A stretch of 64,000 nucleotides of DNA from Elusimicrobiota bacterium (GCA_043811535.1 JBDRNC010000037.1:32001-96000); one strand, 5' to 3'; counted from the first letter of the stretch, positions 26,701 to 37,944 are shown. Notes: generated by a model not told the origin, from the sequence alone. Translations and numbers: made by a program.

Positions 26701-28464
26701 ATGAAGCCGATAAAAGAACTTCTTACACAGCAGTTTACAGAAGCGTTTGAGGCCTGCGGTTATCCCGGCAGGTTCGGCGAGGTTGTCGCATCGCAGAGAC
26801 CGGAACTGGGCCAGTTCCAGTGCAGCGGGGCGCTCGGGGCCGCGAAAGCCGTTAAAACCGCGCCGATGATAGCTGCCGGCAACATTGTAGAGAAACTGAA
26901 GAGCCAGCCGATATTCAAAAATCTTTCCATCGCGGAACCGGGATTCATCAACATAACGCTTACCGACGAATTTCTCGCCTCGTTTGTTCAGGAGCTTGTT
27001 TCGGACGATCGTCTCGGCCATCATTCCTTACAGAACGCGGCGACGACAGTCATGGATTTCGGCGGGCCAAACATAGCGAAACCCATGCACGTCGGCCACC
27101 TGCGCTCGGCGATAATAGGCGAGTCCCTGAAGCGGATCCTGCGGTTCGCGGGTGAAAAAGTTATCGGTGACATACATATGGGCGACTGGGGAACCCAGAT
27201 GGGTATGCTGATAAGCGAATTGAATCTAAGGAAACCGGACCTGCCGTATTTTGACGAAAAATTCAAAGGTTCGTATCCTTCCGAGCCGCCCGCGACGATT
27301 GATGACCTGGAAGAGATGTATCCGGCCGCGAACGCGCGATGCAAATCCGACGAGAACGCGATGGCGGGCGCTCTCAAGGCGACGGTTGAGCTCCAGCAGG
27401 GGCGGGCGGGCTACAGGGCTCTCTGGAAACATTTCGTTGACGTTTCCGTCAAAGCGCTCAAGGCGGATTTTGAGGGCCTCGGCGTGAGTTTTGACCTGTG
27501 GTACGGCGAGAGCAACTACCATGACAGGATTCCCGCTATGATAGAATACCTGAAGTCAAAGGGAGTCGCCGAGCTTGATGAAGGCGCCCTTGTTATCAAA
27601 CTTGAAACACAGCCGGGCAAAAAGGAGATGCCTCCTCTCATACTCATAAAATCAGACGGCGGCTACCTGTACGGGACAACCGACCTGGCAACAGTCTACG
27701 AGCGCATAAACGATTTCAAGGCCGGCAGGATATTATATGTCGTGGATAAAAGGCAGAGCCTGCATTTTGAGCAGGTCTTTCAGGCCGCGAAAAAGACCGG
27801 AATCTCCGGAAAGGCCTCTCTTGAACACGTGGCTTTCGGCACGGTTAACGGTCCGGATGGGAAGCCTTTCAAGACGCGCGCCGGCGGCGTGATGAAGCTC
27901 AAGGACCTGACGGCGATGACTATAACAGAAGTTCTGAAAAAGATGGAAGAGGCCGGCGTCGCGCGCGATTACGGCGAGGATGAGCGCCGCGGGATTGCCG
28001 TAAAAGTCGGGATCGCGGCGGTAAAATTCGCCGATCTTATGAACCTCAGGACATCAGACTATATTTTTGACATAGAGAAGTTCACTAGTTTTGACGGTAA
28101 AACCGGCCCGTACCACCTGTACGCCGCCGTGAGAATCAAATCAATACTCCGGAAAGCGCAGGAAAAAGGCGTGAAGCCCGGGCCGATTCTTCCTCCTACC
28201 GAATACGAGCGGGAACTGATGCTGAACATCAGCAGGTTTGCGGAAACCGTAGAGAACGCGCGCCGGAACCTCGCTCCGCATTTCCTGTGCGAGCTTGCCC
28301 ATGACCTGGCGCAGTCATTCAGCAGGTTTTACGAGCATTGCCATATACTGAACGAGAAGGACGCCGCAAGACAGTCTTCCTGGCTCGCGCTTTCAATGCT
28401 TTGCCTCAGAGAGTTTGAACAAATACTATCCCTTCTGGGGATAGAACTCCCCGACCGAATGTAG
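26701..28464 (+). CDS. argS: Arginine--tRNA ligase
   Basis: PNIAKPMHVGHLRS, GDWGTQMG, GKPFKTRAG, TGPY..YA..RI.SI, C-terminal RM. Confidence 0.96.
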   Translation: MKPIKELLTQQFTEAFEACGYPGRFGEVVASQRPELGQFQCSGALGAAKAVKTAPMIAAGNIVEKLKSQPIFKNLSIAEPGFINITLTDEFLASFVQELVSDDRLGHHSLQNAATTVMDFGGPNIAKPMHVGHLRSAIIGESLKRILRFAGEKVIGDIHMGDWGTQMGMLISELNLRKPDLPYFDEKFKGSYPSEPPATIDDLEEMYPAANARCKSDENAMAGALKATVELQQGRAGYRALWKHFVDVSVKALKADFEGLGVSFDLWYGESNYHDRIPAMIEYLKSKGVAELDEGALVIKLETQPGKKEMPPLILIKSDGGYLYGTTDLATVYERINDFKAGRILYVVDKRQSLHFEQVFQAAKKTGISGKASLEHVAFGTVNGPDGKPFKTRAGGVMKLKDLTAMTITEVLKKMEEAGVARDYGEDERRGIAVKVGIAAVKFADLMNLRTSDYIFDIEKFTSFDGKTGPYHLYAAVRIKSILRKAQEKGVKPGPILPPTEYERELMLNISRFAETVENARRNLAPHFLCELAHDLAQSFSRFYEHCHILNEKDAARQSSWLALSMLCLREFEQILSLLGIELPDRM

Positions 28465-28565
28465 TTCCATAATCATCGCTGGAAATTCACAAGTAAAACT
28501 GCCTGTTTGTCCTTGATAAAACCGTCTGATTTTAGTATTATCTACCTGCAGTTCACCTTTAGTCC

Positions 28566-29078
28566 TTGAGGACATCCAAAGTGTTTATTCAGTTCTTCCT
28601 AGCGCTAACTTTGCTGACAAATCCGGCTGAAACATGCAGCAAGAATAATAACCCCGACATCATGGCGAGGTACTGCCTGGTAAACGCGCTTTTTTACGCG
28701 GAAAAGGAAGATTGGGGGAAAAACGCGAAACTCATGATGAAGGTCGGCAACCTGCGCGAACTTGACGCTAAAACCGTGCTGCCGTTCCTGGAGATAGGCA
28801 CGGTGAATTTCAAGACGAATGTGATAGAACTGCTGGGCAATATAGGCGACCGCGCCGCTGTCAATCCGCTGGTGAAGCTGCTTGAAAAGGAACAAAACGT
28901 TGACATAAAGCTTTCCGTAATAGAGGCTCTGGGCAAACTGAAGGATAAGAGGGCCGTCAAGGTTCTGGAAGCGCAGCTTCAAAGCGAATTGTGGGGCGTC
29001 AGGATTTCGGCCTCCTCCTCGCTAGAAAGCATAACGGGAAAACAATATGGATACGGAAACCCGCCTCCCCGTCGCTAG
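28566..29078 (+). CDS. Exported HEAT repeat protein (start uncertain)
   Basis: Hydrophobic N-terminus; LLGNIGDRAAVNPL and ALGKLKDKRAVKVL repeats. Confidence 0.7.
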   Translation: MRTSKVFIQFFLALTLLTNPAETCSKNNNPDIMARYCLVNALFYAEKEDWGKNAKLMMKVGNLRELDAKTVLPFLEIGTVNFKTNVIELLGNIGDRAAVNPLVKLLEKEQNVDIKLSVIEALGKLKDKRAVKVLEAQLQSELWGVRISASSSLESITGKQYGYGNPPPRR

Positions 29079-29088
29079 ACAGCCGGGC

Positions 29089-29144
29089 TTGAAATTTCCG
29101 CAAAAATAATGTAGATTGGTTGGAATGTTATGTTATCGGTAACT
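29089..29144 (+). promoter_or_regulatory. Promoter plus LacI-type operator upstream of the phosphorylase gene
   Basis: TTGAAA-17 bp-TAGATT (29089-29117), then near-palindrome TGTTATCGGTAACT (29131-29144) with central CG. Confidence 0.55.
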
Positions 29145-29193
29145 GCATTTACGCAGCCGCCGGTGGCAAATTCCGACTGAGAGGTTTAAAAAG

Positions 29194-32100
29194 ATGGCCA
29201 GATCCGCAGGAAAAACCGGTCCAACCGCGAAGTACAGGCTCAATGATGACGGGACATTCGTCATAGAGAATTACAATCTCTCGCGCACGTTCGCGAGCTT
29301 CTTTCCCGGCATAGCAGGCGTTGACGGCATACCTATGTGGGCCTTCTACATCAACAGGGGCCAGTGCATTTCCACGTTTGGCGTAAAGAACAAGAATTAT
29401 TCCATGCTTGAGTTTTACGCGGCAGACAAGGCGTACGCTTTTACCCAGAACCAGGGATTCAGGACTTTTGTTAAATTGAAAAGGGGCGGAAAGACGGAGC
29501 TGTACGAGCCGTTCCAGAACAACGCCGCCAATAACAGGTACAGGACGGTTCAGCGCATGCTGGTAAGGTCGTATGAACTGATTCTGGAAGAAGAGAATGC
29601 CGATTTGGGGCTTAAGACAACGGTCAAGTACTTTACGATACCCGGCGAATCCTACGCCGCGCTGGCCAGGACCGTGGAATTCGAAAATCTTAAGAAATCC
29701 CCGCTTGAATTCGAGGTCATTGACGGCCTTCCGAGGATAATTCCGTTCTGGATAAGCGAATACCTGCTGAAAGCGATGAGCACGCTCCACCAGGCGTGGA
29801 TACACGTTCCGGATTTCAACAAGACCGGTTTACCTTACTATAAAGTTAAGGTTGAGCTTTCGGATACGCCGGAAGTGACCGAACTCGCGGAAGGTAACTT
29901 TTACTTCGGTGTAGTCAAGGGTCCCGGCAAAACGGAAAAGGCGAAAGTCGTAATAGATCCGGAAATAATATTCGGCCCGGACACGAGTTTCGGCTATCCG
30001 TTCGCTTTCGCTTCAAAAACGGCTTTCAATGTTTCCAAGGAACAGATCGGCGATAACAGGTACCCCTGCGCGATGAGTTTTTTCAAAACGAGATTAAAAC
30101 CGGCGGGCAAGACTGCGTTCTATTCGCTCTTCGGGCATATCGGGAGCCAGGAGAAACTGAGCCAGCTCTTCAAGGAAGCGGGCAACCCGGAATATTTTGA
30201 GAACAAGGCGCGGCGGAACAGGCAGGTCGTTGAAGATATCACTAACCAGATACGCACGAAGTCGGCGGTAAAGGAGTTTGACCTTTACTGCAGGCAGACA
30301 TACCTTGACAATGTCCTGCGCGGCGGCATGCCCGTAAGCCTGCCCGCGGGCGGAGGAGAAATACCATACTATGTCTACTGGCGCAAGCACGGCGACCTTG
30401 AACGCGAGTATAACGACTTTCAGGTATCGCCGTCTTATTACTCGCAGGGAACCGCGAATTTCCGCGACGTCAACCAGAACAGGCGCTGCGACGTATTCTT
30501 CAACCCGAAAGTCGGGGACTTCAACATATCCAGGTTCTATAACCTGCTCCAGCTGGACGGGTACAACCCTTTGGTCGTTGAAGGCACGTATTTTACCGTT
30601 GAAGACGGACTCGGCGCGGCAAGCGGCCTCGTAGACGACGCGTGCAGGGAAAAACTGGCCGCGTTCATCTCAAAACCGTTCGAGCCCGGAAGCCTGCTGC
30701 TGTTCATTGAAGAGAACGGCATCAAACTCAAAGTTCCGAAAGAAGAACTGCTGAGGCGTGTGCTGGGCGCGGCCAAAAGGAAAGATGACGCGCTCAGATA
30801 TACCGAGGGTTTCTGGACAGACCACTGGACGTACAACTTAGACCTGCTTGAAAACTATACCGCGGTCTTCCCCGAAAAAGAAAGGGAGATACTTTTTGAA
30901 AAGAAAGAGTTCCGGTATTTTGACAACGATAACGTAGTCCTTCCGAGAAGCGAGAAATATGTGGACGCGGGAGGCGGAAAGATCAGGCAGTTCGGTTCGA
31001 CGGTTGAGGACAAATCAAAACAGGAACTCATCAAGGGCAGAAAGTCCGACCAGAATATCGTCAGGACGGAAAAAGGCAGGGGCGGCGTCTACAAGACGAC
31101 GCTTATGGAAAAACTGGTGAATCTTCTGGTGAATAAGGTCGCGTCGCTTGACTCGGAAGGCATCGGCATCGAAGCCGAGGCCAACAAGCCGGGCTGGGAT
31201 GACGCGCTCAACGGCCTGCCGGGAATTTTCGGCTCGTGCACACCCGAAACTTTTGAGACCAAGCGCATGGCGCTTTACGTCAGGGAACGCCTGAAGGCGC
31301 TCGGTATAGGGGACGATTACGGGATTGCCGTGCACGAAGAGCTTTACGCGTTTTTTGAAGGATTGTCCTCCCTGCTCTCCCAGGTCGGCTCAATGAGTGA
31401 TTTTGATTTTTGGGACAAGGCGACAACGCTGAAGGAAACATACCGGAAAGAGACGCTGTACGGCGTCAGCGGGGCGACGAAAAAGATTGCGTGCGCCCGG
31501 CTCATAGCTTTCATTGACAACGCGGTCAGGAAGCTTGACAGGGGAATTGAAAAGGCCTTTGACAGCTCGGCGGGCATATACCATACCTATTTCGCTTATA
31601 CGGCCGAAGCATACAGGGATGAAAAACGCAGGAACCACAGGGGGCAGGAGTGCGTTTCCGTGTCGAAATTCTCGAAACGGCCTCTGCCCGCTTTTCTTGA
31701 GGCTCAGGTGCGCTACATAAAGACCGAACCGGACAAAACCAGGATAAGAGAACTGCACAGGTCGGTCAAGAAAAGCGGACTTTATGACAAGACGCTCGGG
31801 ATGTATAAAGTCAACGCATCGCTTAAGGGAGAGCCGTACGATATCGGCCGCTGCACGGTATTTTCGCCGGGCTGGCTGGAGAACGAATCGATCTGGCTTC
31901 ACATGGAATACAAGTACCTGCTGGAACTTCTGAAAGCGGGCTTGCACAAGGAGTTCTTTGAGGAATTCAGGAAAGCGGGCGTGTGTTTCCTTAAACCTGC
32001 CGTGTACGGCAGGAGCATTCTTGAAAACTCTTCATTCATAGCTTCAAGCGCGTTCCCCGACAAGAACAGGTGGGGGCGCGGTTTCATAGCGCGGCTTTCC

Positions 32101-32445
32101 GGCTCTACGGCGGAATTCACGGAGATGTGGATATGCATGACTTCGGGCCGCAGGCCGTTCGGCCTGGATCAGGCTGGCCGGCTGACGCTTGAATTCAAAC
32201 CGGCTATCCCCGGGGATTTCTTTGACAGATCCGGCGAGTTCCAGTTCACGTTCCTGGGGAAAATACCGGTCACTTACCATAATTCAAAGAAGATAGATAC
32301 ATGGGCGGAATCGTTCGCGGTGAAAAAAATAGATATCTCATGGAAAAACGGCGGGATGGAGACGATTTCCGGCGGCAGGATCGCGCACAAACAGGCCGAG
32401 AAAGTCCGGAATCAGGAAGCGGAGAAAATAGATATTTACTTCTAA
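29194..32445 (+). CDS. Glycoside phosphorylase, probably GH161-like beta-1,3-glucan phosphorylase
   Basis: FASFFPGIAG..GIPMWAFYINRGQ, RKHGDLEREYN, NFRDVNQNRR, KPGWDDALNGLPG, GWLENESIWLHMEYKY. Family recalled from memory. Confidence 0.65.
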   Translation: MARSAGKTGPTAKYRLNDDGTFVIENYNLSRTFASFFPGIAGVDGIPMWAFYINRGQCISTFGVKNKNYSMLEFYAADKAYAFTQNQGFRTFVKLKRGGKTELYEPFQNNAANNRYRTVQRMLVRSYELILEEENADLGLKTTVKYFTIPGESYAALARTVEFENLKKSPLEFEVIDGLPRIIPFWISEYLLKAMSTLHQAWIHVPDFNKTGLPYYKVKVELSDTPEVTELAEGNFYFGVVKGPGKTEKAKVVIDPEIIFGPDTSFGYPFAFASKTAFNVSKEQIGDNRYPCAMSFFKTRLKPAGKTAFYSLFGHIGSQEKLSQLFKEAGNPEYFENKARRNRQVVEDITNQIRTKSAVKEFDLYCRQTYLDNVLRGGMPVSLPAGGGEIPYYVYWRKHGDLEREYNDFQVSPSYYSQGTANFRDVNQNRRCDVFFNPKVGDFNISRFYNLLQLDGYNPLVVEGTYFTVEDGLGAASGLVDDACREKLAAFISKPFEPGSLLLFIEENGIKLKVPKEELLRRVLGAAKRKDDALRYTEGFWTDHWTYNLDLLENYTAVFPEKEREILFEKKEFRYFDNDNVVLPRSEKYVDAGGGKIRQFGSTVEDKSKQELIKGRKSDQNIVRTEKGRGGVYKTTLMEKLVNLLVNKVASLDSEGIGIEAEANKPGWDDALNGLPGIFGSCTPETFETKRMALYVRERLKALGIGDDYGIAVHEELYAFFEGLSSLLSQVGSMSDFDFWDKATTLKETYRKETLYGVSGATKKIACARLIAFIDNAVRKLDRGIEKAFDSSAGIYHTYFAYTAEAYRDEKRRNHRGQECVSVSKFSKRPLPAFLEAQVRYIKTEPDKTRIRELHRSVKKSGLYDKTLGMYKVNASLKGEPYDIGRCTVFSPGWLENESIWLHMEYKYLLELLKAGLHKEFFEEFRKAGVCFLKPAVYGRSILENSSFIASSAFPDKNRWGRGFIARLSGSTAEFTEMWICMTSGRRPFGLDQAGRLTLEFKPAIPGDFFDRSGEFQFTFLGKIPVTYHNSKKIDTWAESFAVKKIDISWKNGGMETISGGRIAHKQAEKVRNQEAEKIDIYF

Positions 32446-32504
32446 ATGACTGAGGAAAACGTATAGAGAATCTAAGTTTTTACTAAACGCTAAACGCTAT
32501 CAAG

Positions 32505-33497
32505 ATGATTGCTTGGGAAAAATTCAAAAAGCTGGTTGAAAGGGAAAAACTTATCCGATCCGGCGACAGGATCCTTGTCGCGGTGTCGGGAGGGCCGGAT
32601 TCCGTGTGCCTGCTCCATCTTTTATGGCGGTATAAAAAAACAAATCCGATCGATATATGCGCGGTCACGATAGACCACGGGTTGAGACGCGAATCAAAGC
32701 GGGAGATCGAGAAAGTCGGAGCGCTGTGCGGGAAGCTTAGGATACCGCTTGCAGTCAGATCGATTTCCGTCAAGGATTACGCGCGCGTCAATAAAGTTTC
32801 AACGGAAACTGCAGCGAGAACTCTGAGATATCAAGTTTTGGAAGAGACAGCCGGGCAGTTCAAATGCGACAGGATAGCCACGGGTCACACCGCCAACGAC
32901 AATGCCGAAACCATCCTGATGTGGCTTGTAAGGGGCACGGGTACGGAAGGTTTCGCCGGTATTCCTCTTTTCAGGAAATCCGGTTCCGGCAAAATGATTA
33001 TCCGGCCGCTGCTTTCTTCAACGCGCGGCGAGGTGGTCAGGTATGCCAGGTCGCAGAAGCTCGCGTATTCAATTGACCGGTCCAATTACAGCCCGGAGTT
33101 CACGCGAAACAGAATAAGGCACGGTATTCTTCCATTGCTGGGCAAGCTGAACCCGCGTTTCGTTGAACATCTTTTCAGTTTTTCTCAGATTGTTTCGCGG
33201 GACAACGAATTTATTAACACTTTTGTCAATAAAGCCGTAAAAAAAGTGATATTCGCCGAAAAACACAAAATATCATTTGATTTGAAGCAATTTTTTAAGT
33301 ATAATGAAGCAATCCAATCCCGTATTTTGAAGCGGATTCTGCCTGAAAAACGGTCTGCTGCAAATGTGGATTTCTTGCGGGACTGGATTTTGTTTTCCCA
33401 AAAACTTCAATTAAATTATTCGGGAAGATGGTTAATAAAACGCGTTAAAAATAGAGTAATATTTTTGAAATACAAACATGGCAAAGAGCCGCGTTAA
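32505..33497 (+). CDS. tilS: tRNA(Ile)-lysidine synthetase (short form)
   Basis: VAVSGGPDS, DHGLR, AR..RY, TGHT.ND.AET, RNRIRH; lies upstream of hpt-ftsH. Confidence 0.93.
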   Translation: MIAWEKFKKLVEREKLIRSGDRILVAVSGGPDSVCLLHLLWRYKKTNPIDICAVTIDHGLRRESKREIEKVGALCGKLRIPLAVRSISVKDYARVNKVSTETAARTLRYQVLEETAGQFKCDRIATGHTANDNAETILMWLVRGTGTEGFAGIPLFRKSGSGKMIIRPLLSSTRGEVVRYARSQKLAYSIDRSNYSPEFTRNRIRHGILPLLGKLNPRFVEHLFSFSQIVSRDNEFINTFVNKAVKKVIFAEKHKISFDLKQFFKYNEAIQSRILKRILPEKRSAANVDFLRDWILFSQKLQLNYSGRWLIKRVKNRVIFLKYKHGKEPR

Positions 33498-34008
33498 GAA
33501 GGTGCTCCTTTCCGAGGCGAGGATTAAACGCCGCATCAATGAGATGGCGGGCGAGATTTCCAAGGATTACGCCGGCAGGGACTTGATGGTAGTCTGCGTG
33601 CTCAAAGGGAGCATAATTTTTCTTGCGGACCTGGTCAGGCGGCTCAAAGTTAATTTTACGCTTGATTTTATCGCGGTTTCGTCATACCGGGACGCTGGAA
33701 CAACCGGCTCAATAAAACTCGTAATGGACCTGCGCGATGACCCCGCTGGAAAGAATATTCTCCTGGTTGAAGACATCGTCGATTCCGGCTATACATTATC
33801 CTATCTGCTCAACAATCTAAAAGACCGGTGTCCTCTTTCCATACGGACCTGCGTATTGCTGGACAAATATGAAGCAAGGAAAACGCCCGTGCAAGCCGAT
33901 TATACGGGTTTCAGGATAAAAAACGAATTTGTCGTGGGATACGGGCTGGATCACAACGAGGCATACAGAGGCCTTCCGTATATAGGCATATTGACTGCAA
34001 AGAAATAA
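33478..34008 (+). CDS. hpt: Hypoxanthine phosphoribosyltransferase
   Basis: VLKGS..F.ADL, LLVEDIVDSGYTL, FVVGYGLD, YRGLPYI. Confidence 0.95.
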   Translation: MAKSRVKKVLLSEARIKRRINEMAGEISKDYAGRDLMVVCVLKGSIIFLADLVRRLKVNFTLDFIAVSSYRDAGTTGSIKLVMDLRDDPAGKNILLVEDIVDSGYTLSYLLNNLKDRCPLSIRTCVLLDKYEARKTPVQADYTGFRIKNEFVVGYGLDHNEAYRGLPYIGILTAKK

Positions 34009-34070
34009 TTACAAATTACACATTACAAATTGAAGGCGTCTTTTAATCTGTAATTTGTAATATGTAATTA
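34006..34070. repeat. ATTACAA-type heptamer inverted-repeat hairpin
   Basis: TAATTAC AAATTAC ACATTAC AAATTGAA ... TTAATCT GTAATTT GTAATAT GTAATTA. Confidence 0.85.
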
Positions 34071-34213
34071 TCAGGAGGATTAGAGTAAATTAGAGAGACT
34101 TTAAGGTATGAAATCCCGTAAGACCTTATGGGTTTAAGGGAAAGATAACACAAAACGGGAATATTGTTGATGTAAGGTATTACTAAATCTAAAACAAGAG
34201 AGGTCTATGCGGG

Positions 34214-36052
34214 ATGAAATCTAATAACAAGTGGGGCGTGCTGATCTGGTGGGCGCTCATTACCGTGCTGCTAGTGTATTTCATACAGTCGGTAAGGCAG
34301 ATCAAAGTTGAGCAGGAACTTCCCTATTCAGCTTTCAAGAAAATGCTGAAGTCCGGGCAGGTGATGAAGGTGGATGTCGCGGAAAATATGATAAGCGGCG
34401 AATTTAAAACGAGCGACAATAAAATCGTGAAGTTCAAAACGATTCCGCTTGCCGACCCTAAACTTGTAGAAGAACTGGAACAATATAACGTCGGGCAGTT
34501 TTCGGGCAAGATAGAGCGCGGCCTCCTCCTTGCGTTCCTGCTTAACTGGGGGCCGATGGTCATTTTCATACTCCTGTGGCTCTGGTGGATGAGAAGCATG
34601 CAGTCCGGAGGCAAGCAGGTGATGGCGTTCGGCAGGAGCAAGGCAAAACTTCAGCCGATAAAGAAAACAAAGATAACTTTCGCGGACGTGGCCGGCTGCG
34701 ACGAGGCGAAAGAAGAGCTTCAGGAGATAATTGAATTCCTTAAGGACCCGGCCAAATTCCAGAAACTCGGAGGAAAAATACCAAAAGGCGTGCTTGTTTA
34801 CGGCGCGCCCGGCACCGGCAAGACGCTGCTTGCGAAAGCGGTCGCGGGAGAAGCCGGCGTCCCTTTCTTTTCTTCCAGCGGTTCGGAATTCGTTGAAATG
34901 TTCGTCGGCGTCGGCGCGTCGCGCGTCAGGGATCTTTTTGAGCAGGGCAGGCGCAGCGCCCCGTGCCTGCTTTTTATAGATGAAATTGACGCCGTCGGGC
35001 GCCACAGGTTCTCGGGCATAGGTGGCGGGCACGACGAGCGTGAGCAGACGCTGAACCAGCTGCTCGTAGAGATGGACGGTTTTGACACGAAGGAGGGCGT
35101 GATATTAATCGCCGCGACGAACCGCCCGGACGTGCTTGATCCGGCGCTGCTAAGGCCCGGAAGATTTGACAGGCAGATCTCGGTTCCCTCCCCCGACCTG
35201 AAAGGCAGGGAAGAGATATTGAGGGTGCACAGCAAGGGCGTCACGCTTTCCGATAAGGTTGACCTGACGGTGATCGCCAGGAGAACCCCCGGTTTTGTCG
35301 GCGCGGACGTGGCGAACCTCGTCAACGAGGCAGCCCTGCTCGCGGCGCGGAAGAGCAAGCCGGCCGTGGAGATGAAAGACATGGAAGAGGCCATAGACCG
35401 CGTCATCGCCGGGCCTGAGAGAAAGTCGCGCATGATATCGGAAAGAGAAAAGAAGATAATCGCCTACCACGAATCAGGCCACACGCTTGTAGCAAAATAT
35501 ATTCCCGGCAGCGATCCCATTCACAAGGTTTCTATAATACCGCGCGGGCCTGCGCTGGGCTACACGCTCCAGCTTCCGCTGGAGGACAGGTATCTCACGA
35601 CCATGCAGGAGATACTCGGGCGGCTCGCGGTGCTTCTGGGCGGCAGGGTGGCGGAAGAGATGGTTTTCAACGAGATCACGACCGGTTCCCAGAATGACCT
35701 CTCTAAAGCAACGGACATCGCGCATAAGATGGTCGTGGAGTTCGGCATGAGCGAGAAGCTCGGTCCGCTGTCGCTCAAAAAGGACGACGCCGAGATTTTC
35801 CTCGGGCGCGATATCTCCCGCGAACCCAGGTATTCCGATAAAACATCCGAGCTTATTGACGAAGAGGTTAAGCGTATTGTCGTTGAGGCGAAAGCGCGCG
35901 CCGAGAGTATCCTTAAAGACCACAGAGAAAAACTGAATAAACTGGCCGAGAAACTCATAGAAAAAGAAATACTTGACGGCGAAGAGGTCGAGGCGCTCAT
36001 CAACGGCAAGACGGAAGAAGGAAGTCAGAAGACGGAAGAAAAGAATGGATAA
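34214..36052 (+). CDS. ftsH: ATP-dependent zinc metalloprotease FtsH
   Basis: Two TM segments, [40 protein letters not shown]. Confidence 0.98.
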   Translation: MKSNNKWGVLIWWALITVLLVYFIQSVRQIKVEQELPYSAFKKMLKSGQVMKVDVAENMISGEFKTSDNKIVKFKTIPLADPKLVEELEQYNVGQFSGKIERGLLLAFLLNWGPMVIFILLWLWWMRSMQSGGKQVMAFGRSKAKLQPIKKTKITFADVAGCDEAKEELQEIIEFLKDPAKFQKLGGKIPKGVLVYGAPGTGKTLLAKAVAGEAGVPFFSSSGSEFVEMFVGVGASRVRDLFEQGRRSAPCLLFIDEIDAVGRHRFSGIGGGHDEREQTLNQLLVEMDGFDTKEGVILIAATNRPDVLDPALLRPGRFDRQISVPSPDLKGREEILRVHSKGVTLSDKVDLTVIARRTPGFVGADVANLVNEAALLAARKSKPAVEMKDMEEAIDRVIAGPERKSRMISEREKKIIAYHESGHTLVAKYIPGSDPIHKVSIIPRGPALGYTLQLPLEDRYLTTMQEILGRLAVLLGGRVAEEMVFNEITTGSQNDLSKATDIAHKMVVEFGMSEKLGPLSLKKDDAEIFLGRDISREPRYSDKTSELIDEEVKRIVVEAKARAESILKDHREKLNKLAEKLIEKEILDGEEVEALINGKTEEGSQKTEEKNG

Positions 36053-36602
36053 AATAAAAATACAAAAAGCGGTCAGGTCGCTTATGGAAGCTGTCGGAGA
36101 GAATCCTTCCAGAGAGGGTTTGAGGGACACGCCGCGCAGGGTCGCTGATTTTTACGAAGAGGCCCTGTCGGGGTTCAAGATTGACCCTAAGAAAATACTT
36201 ACCGTGTACTACGAGAAGGAGAATCACGAAGAAATAGTCCTTGTCAAGGATATACCGTTCTACTCTTTATGCGAGCACCACCTGCTGCCTTTCTTCGGCA
36301 AGGCGCATGTTGCATATATACCGAAAAAGGACCGCCTGCTCGGGCTTTCAAAACTCGTGCGCGTCGTTGAGATGTTCTCGAAACGGCTGCAGCTGCAGGA
36401 AAGGTTCTCAAAGCAGATTGCGGACACGATCATGGAAGTGGCAAAGCCCCACGGAGCCATGGTTGTCGTTGAGGCCGAACATCTTTGTATGACGATGCGC
36501 GGGGTAAAGAAGCCCGGCGCTAAGATGATCACTTCCGCGATGCGCGGAATATTCCTCAAAGACGCCAGAACAAGATCGGAAGCGATGTCTTTAATAAAAT
36601 AA
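36045..36602 (+). CDS. folE: GTP cyclohydrolase I
   Basis: [37 protein letters not shown]. Start at MDKIK. Confidence 0.96.
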   Translation: MDKIKIQKAVRSLMEAVGENPSREGLRDTPRRVADFYEEALSGFKIDPKKILTVYYEKENHEEIVLVKDIPFYSLCEHHLLPFFGKAHVAYIPKKDRLLGLSKLVRVVEMFSKRLQLQERFSKQIADTIMEVAKPHGAMVVVEAEHLCMTMRGVKKPGAKMITSAMRGIFLKDARTRSEAMSLIK

Positions 36603-36605
36603 CGG

Positions 36606-36686
36606 AGATTACAAATTCCAAATTACACATTACAAATTGAAGAAAAAGCCCTTAATCTGTAATTTGTAATCTGTAATATGTAATTA
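36606..36686. repeat. ATTACAA-type heptamer inverted-repeat hairpin
   Basis: AGATTAC AAATTCC AAATTAC ACATTAC AAATTGA ... TTAATCT GTAATTT GTAATCT GTAATAT GTAATTA. Confidence 0.85.
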
Positions 36687-36690
36687 TTAC

Positions 36691-37893
36691 ATGAGAGTCC
36701 GCGTAATAGACGTAAATAATATCGAAGAAGCCAAAGCGCGCATCAGGAGCATAGGCGCGGATCCGTACTCCGTTCCGTTGATGGCGCAAAAAGCGGTATT
36801 CAAGGTTTTGCTCATTGAAAGAATAGATAACCGCGCGGCGAACTTCCTGAAACAGGACATGCTTTCGATTGGCGGCGAAACGGCTGTAAGCCGTGAAGTG
36901 GGCGGGCTGAAAAAAGGACAGTCGAATGTCCTTGTGATGGGAACGCTGAAGCAGCTCGGGATTCTATCGTCGAAGATAGCTAAGCAGCCGTTCGGGCTGT
37001 CGGAGATAGCGAAGGATATCGACAGAGCCGTTTTAGATTTGAACCGGAAGGATTTCGCGGTAAAATGCGGCTCGAAGACGCTGCGTCTCGGCAAGTTCCC
37101 CGTAGTTATGGGGATACTTAACGTGACGCCGGATTCATTTTCGGACGGCGGAAGGTATTTCGGCGTTAAAGACGCGGTGGAACGCGCCCGTTGCATGGTA
37201 GAGGAAGGGGCCGGTATCATAGATATCGGCGGCGAGTCGACAAGGCCGGGTTCCGAAAGAATTACACCGGAGGAAGAAATCAGGCGGATTATTCCGGTCA
37301 TAAAAAGGCTCGCGAAAACGGTTAAAGTACCGATTTCCGTAGATACTTATAAGCCCGATGTCGCGCGCGCGGCGGCGGAAGCCGGCGCGGAGATAATAAA
37401 CGACATAACGGCTTTAAGGTATAAGAAAGGCAGGATGGCGGATTTTGCCGCAAAGATCAAGCTCCCGGTAATTCTGATGCACATGAGGGGGGCTCCGAAA
37501 ACGATGCAGAAGAAACCGGAATATAAAGAGGTTGTTCCGGAAATAATAAGTTATTTCACTGACAGGCTCAGGTTTGCCGCTGAAAAAGGCATTAAAAAAG
37601 AAAACGTGATAATAGATCCCGGCATAGGTTTCGGCAAAACTCTGGAGCATAACCTTGAGATATTGAACAGGCTCGATGAATTCAAGATTTTAGGCAGGCC
37701 GGTGGCGGCCGGGGTGTCAAGGAAGTCGTTTATCGGAAAACTGACCGGAATAGAAAATGCGGATGAAAGGCTGGCGGGAAGCCTGGCAAGTTCCGTTTGG
37801 TGCGCGGCGCGGGGCGCGAAGATACTGCGCGTTCATGACGTAAAAGAGACGGTTCAGGCGCTGAAAGTCTTAAATGCAGTTATGAGTTCGTAG
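36691..37893 (+). CDS. folP: Dihydropteroate synthase with an N-terminal extension
   Basis: MGILNVTPDSFSDGG, DIGGESTRPG, IDPGIGFGK, SRKSFIG, RVHDV. Confidence 0.95.
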   Translation: MRVRVIDVNNIEEAKARIRSIGADPYSVPLMAQKAVFKVLLIERIDNRAANFLKQDMLSIGGETAVSREVGGLKKGQSNVLVMGTLKQLGILSSKIAKQPFGLSEIAKDIDRAVLDLNRKDFAVKCGSKTLRLGKFPVVMGILNVTPDSFSDGGRYFGVKDAVERARCMVEEGAGIIDIGGESTRPGSERITPEEEIRRIIPVIKRLAKTVKVPISVDTYKPDVARAAAEAGAEIINDITALRYKKGRMADFAAKIKLPVILMHMRGAPKTMQKKPEYKEVVPEIISYFTDRLRFAAEKGIKKENVIIDPGIGFGKTLEHNLEILNRLDEFKILGRPVAAGVSRKSFIGKLTGIENADERLAGSLASSVWCAARGAKILRVHDVKETVQALKVLNAVMSS

Positions 37894-37944
37894 TTCATAG
37901 TTCGCAGTAGAAATAATATCATTCTTTTTTCGGCGAGGAATAAT

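Noticed and set aside
26701..28464. argS as a horizontally acquired gene (FKTR-type motif)
   Set aside because: The motif is common in ArgRS; origin cannot be judged without a phylogeny.
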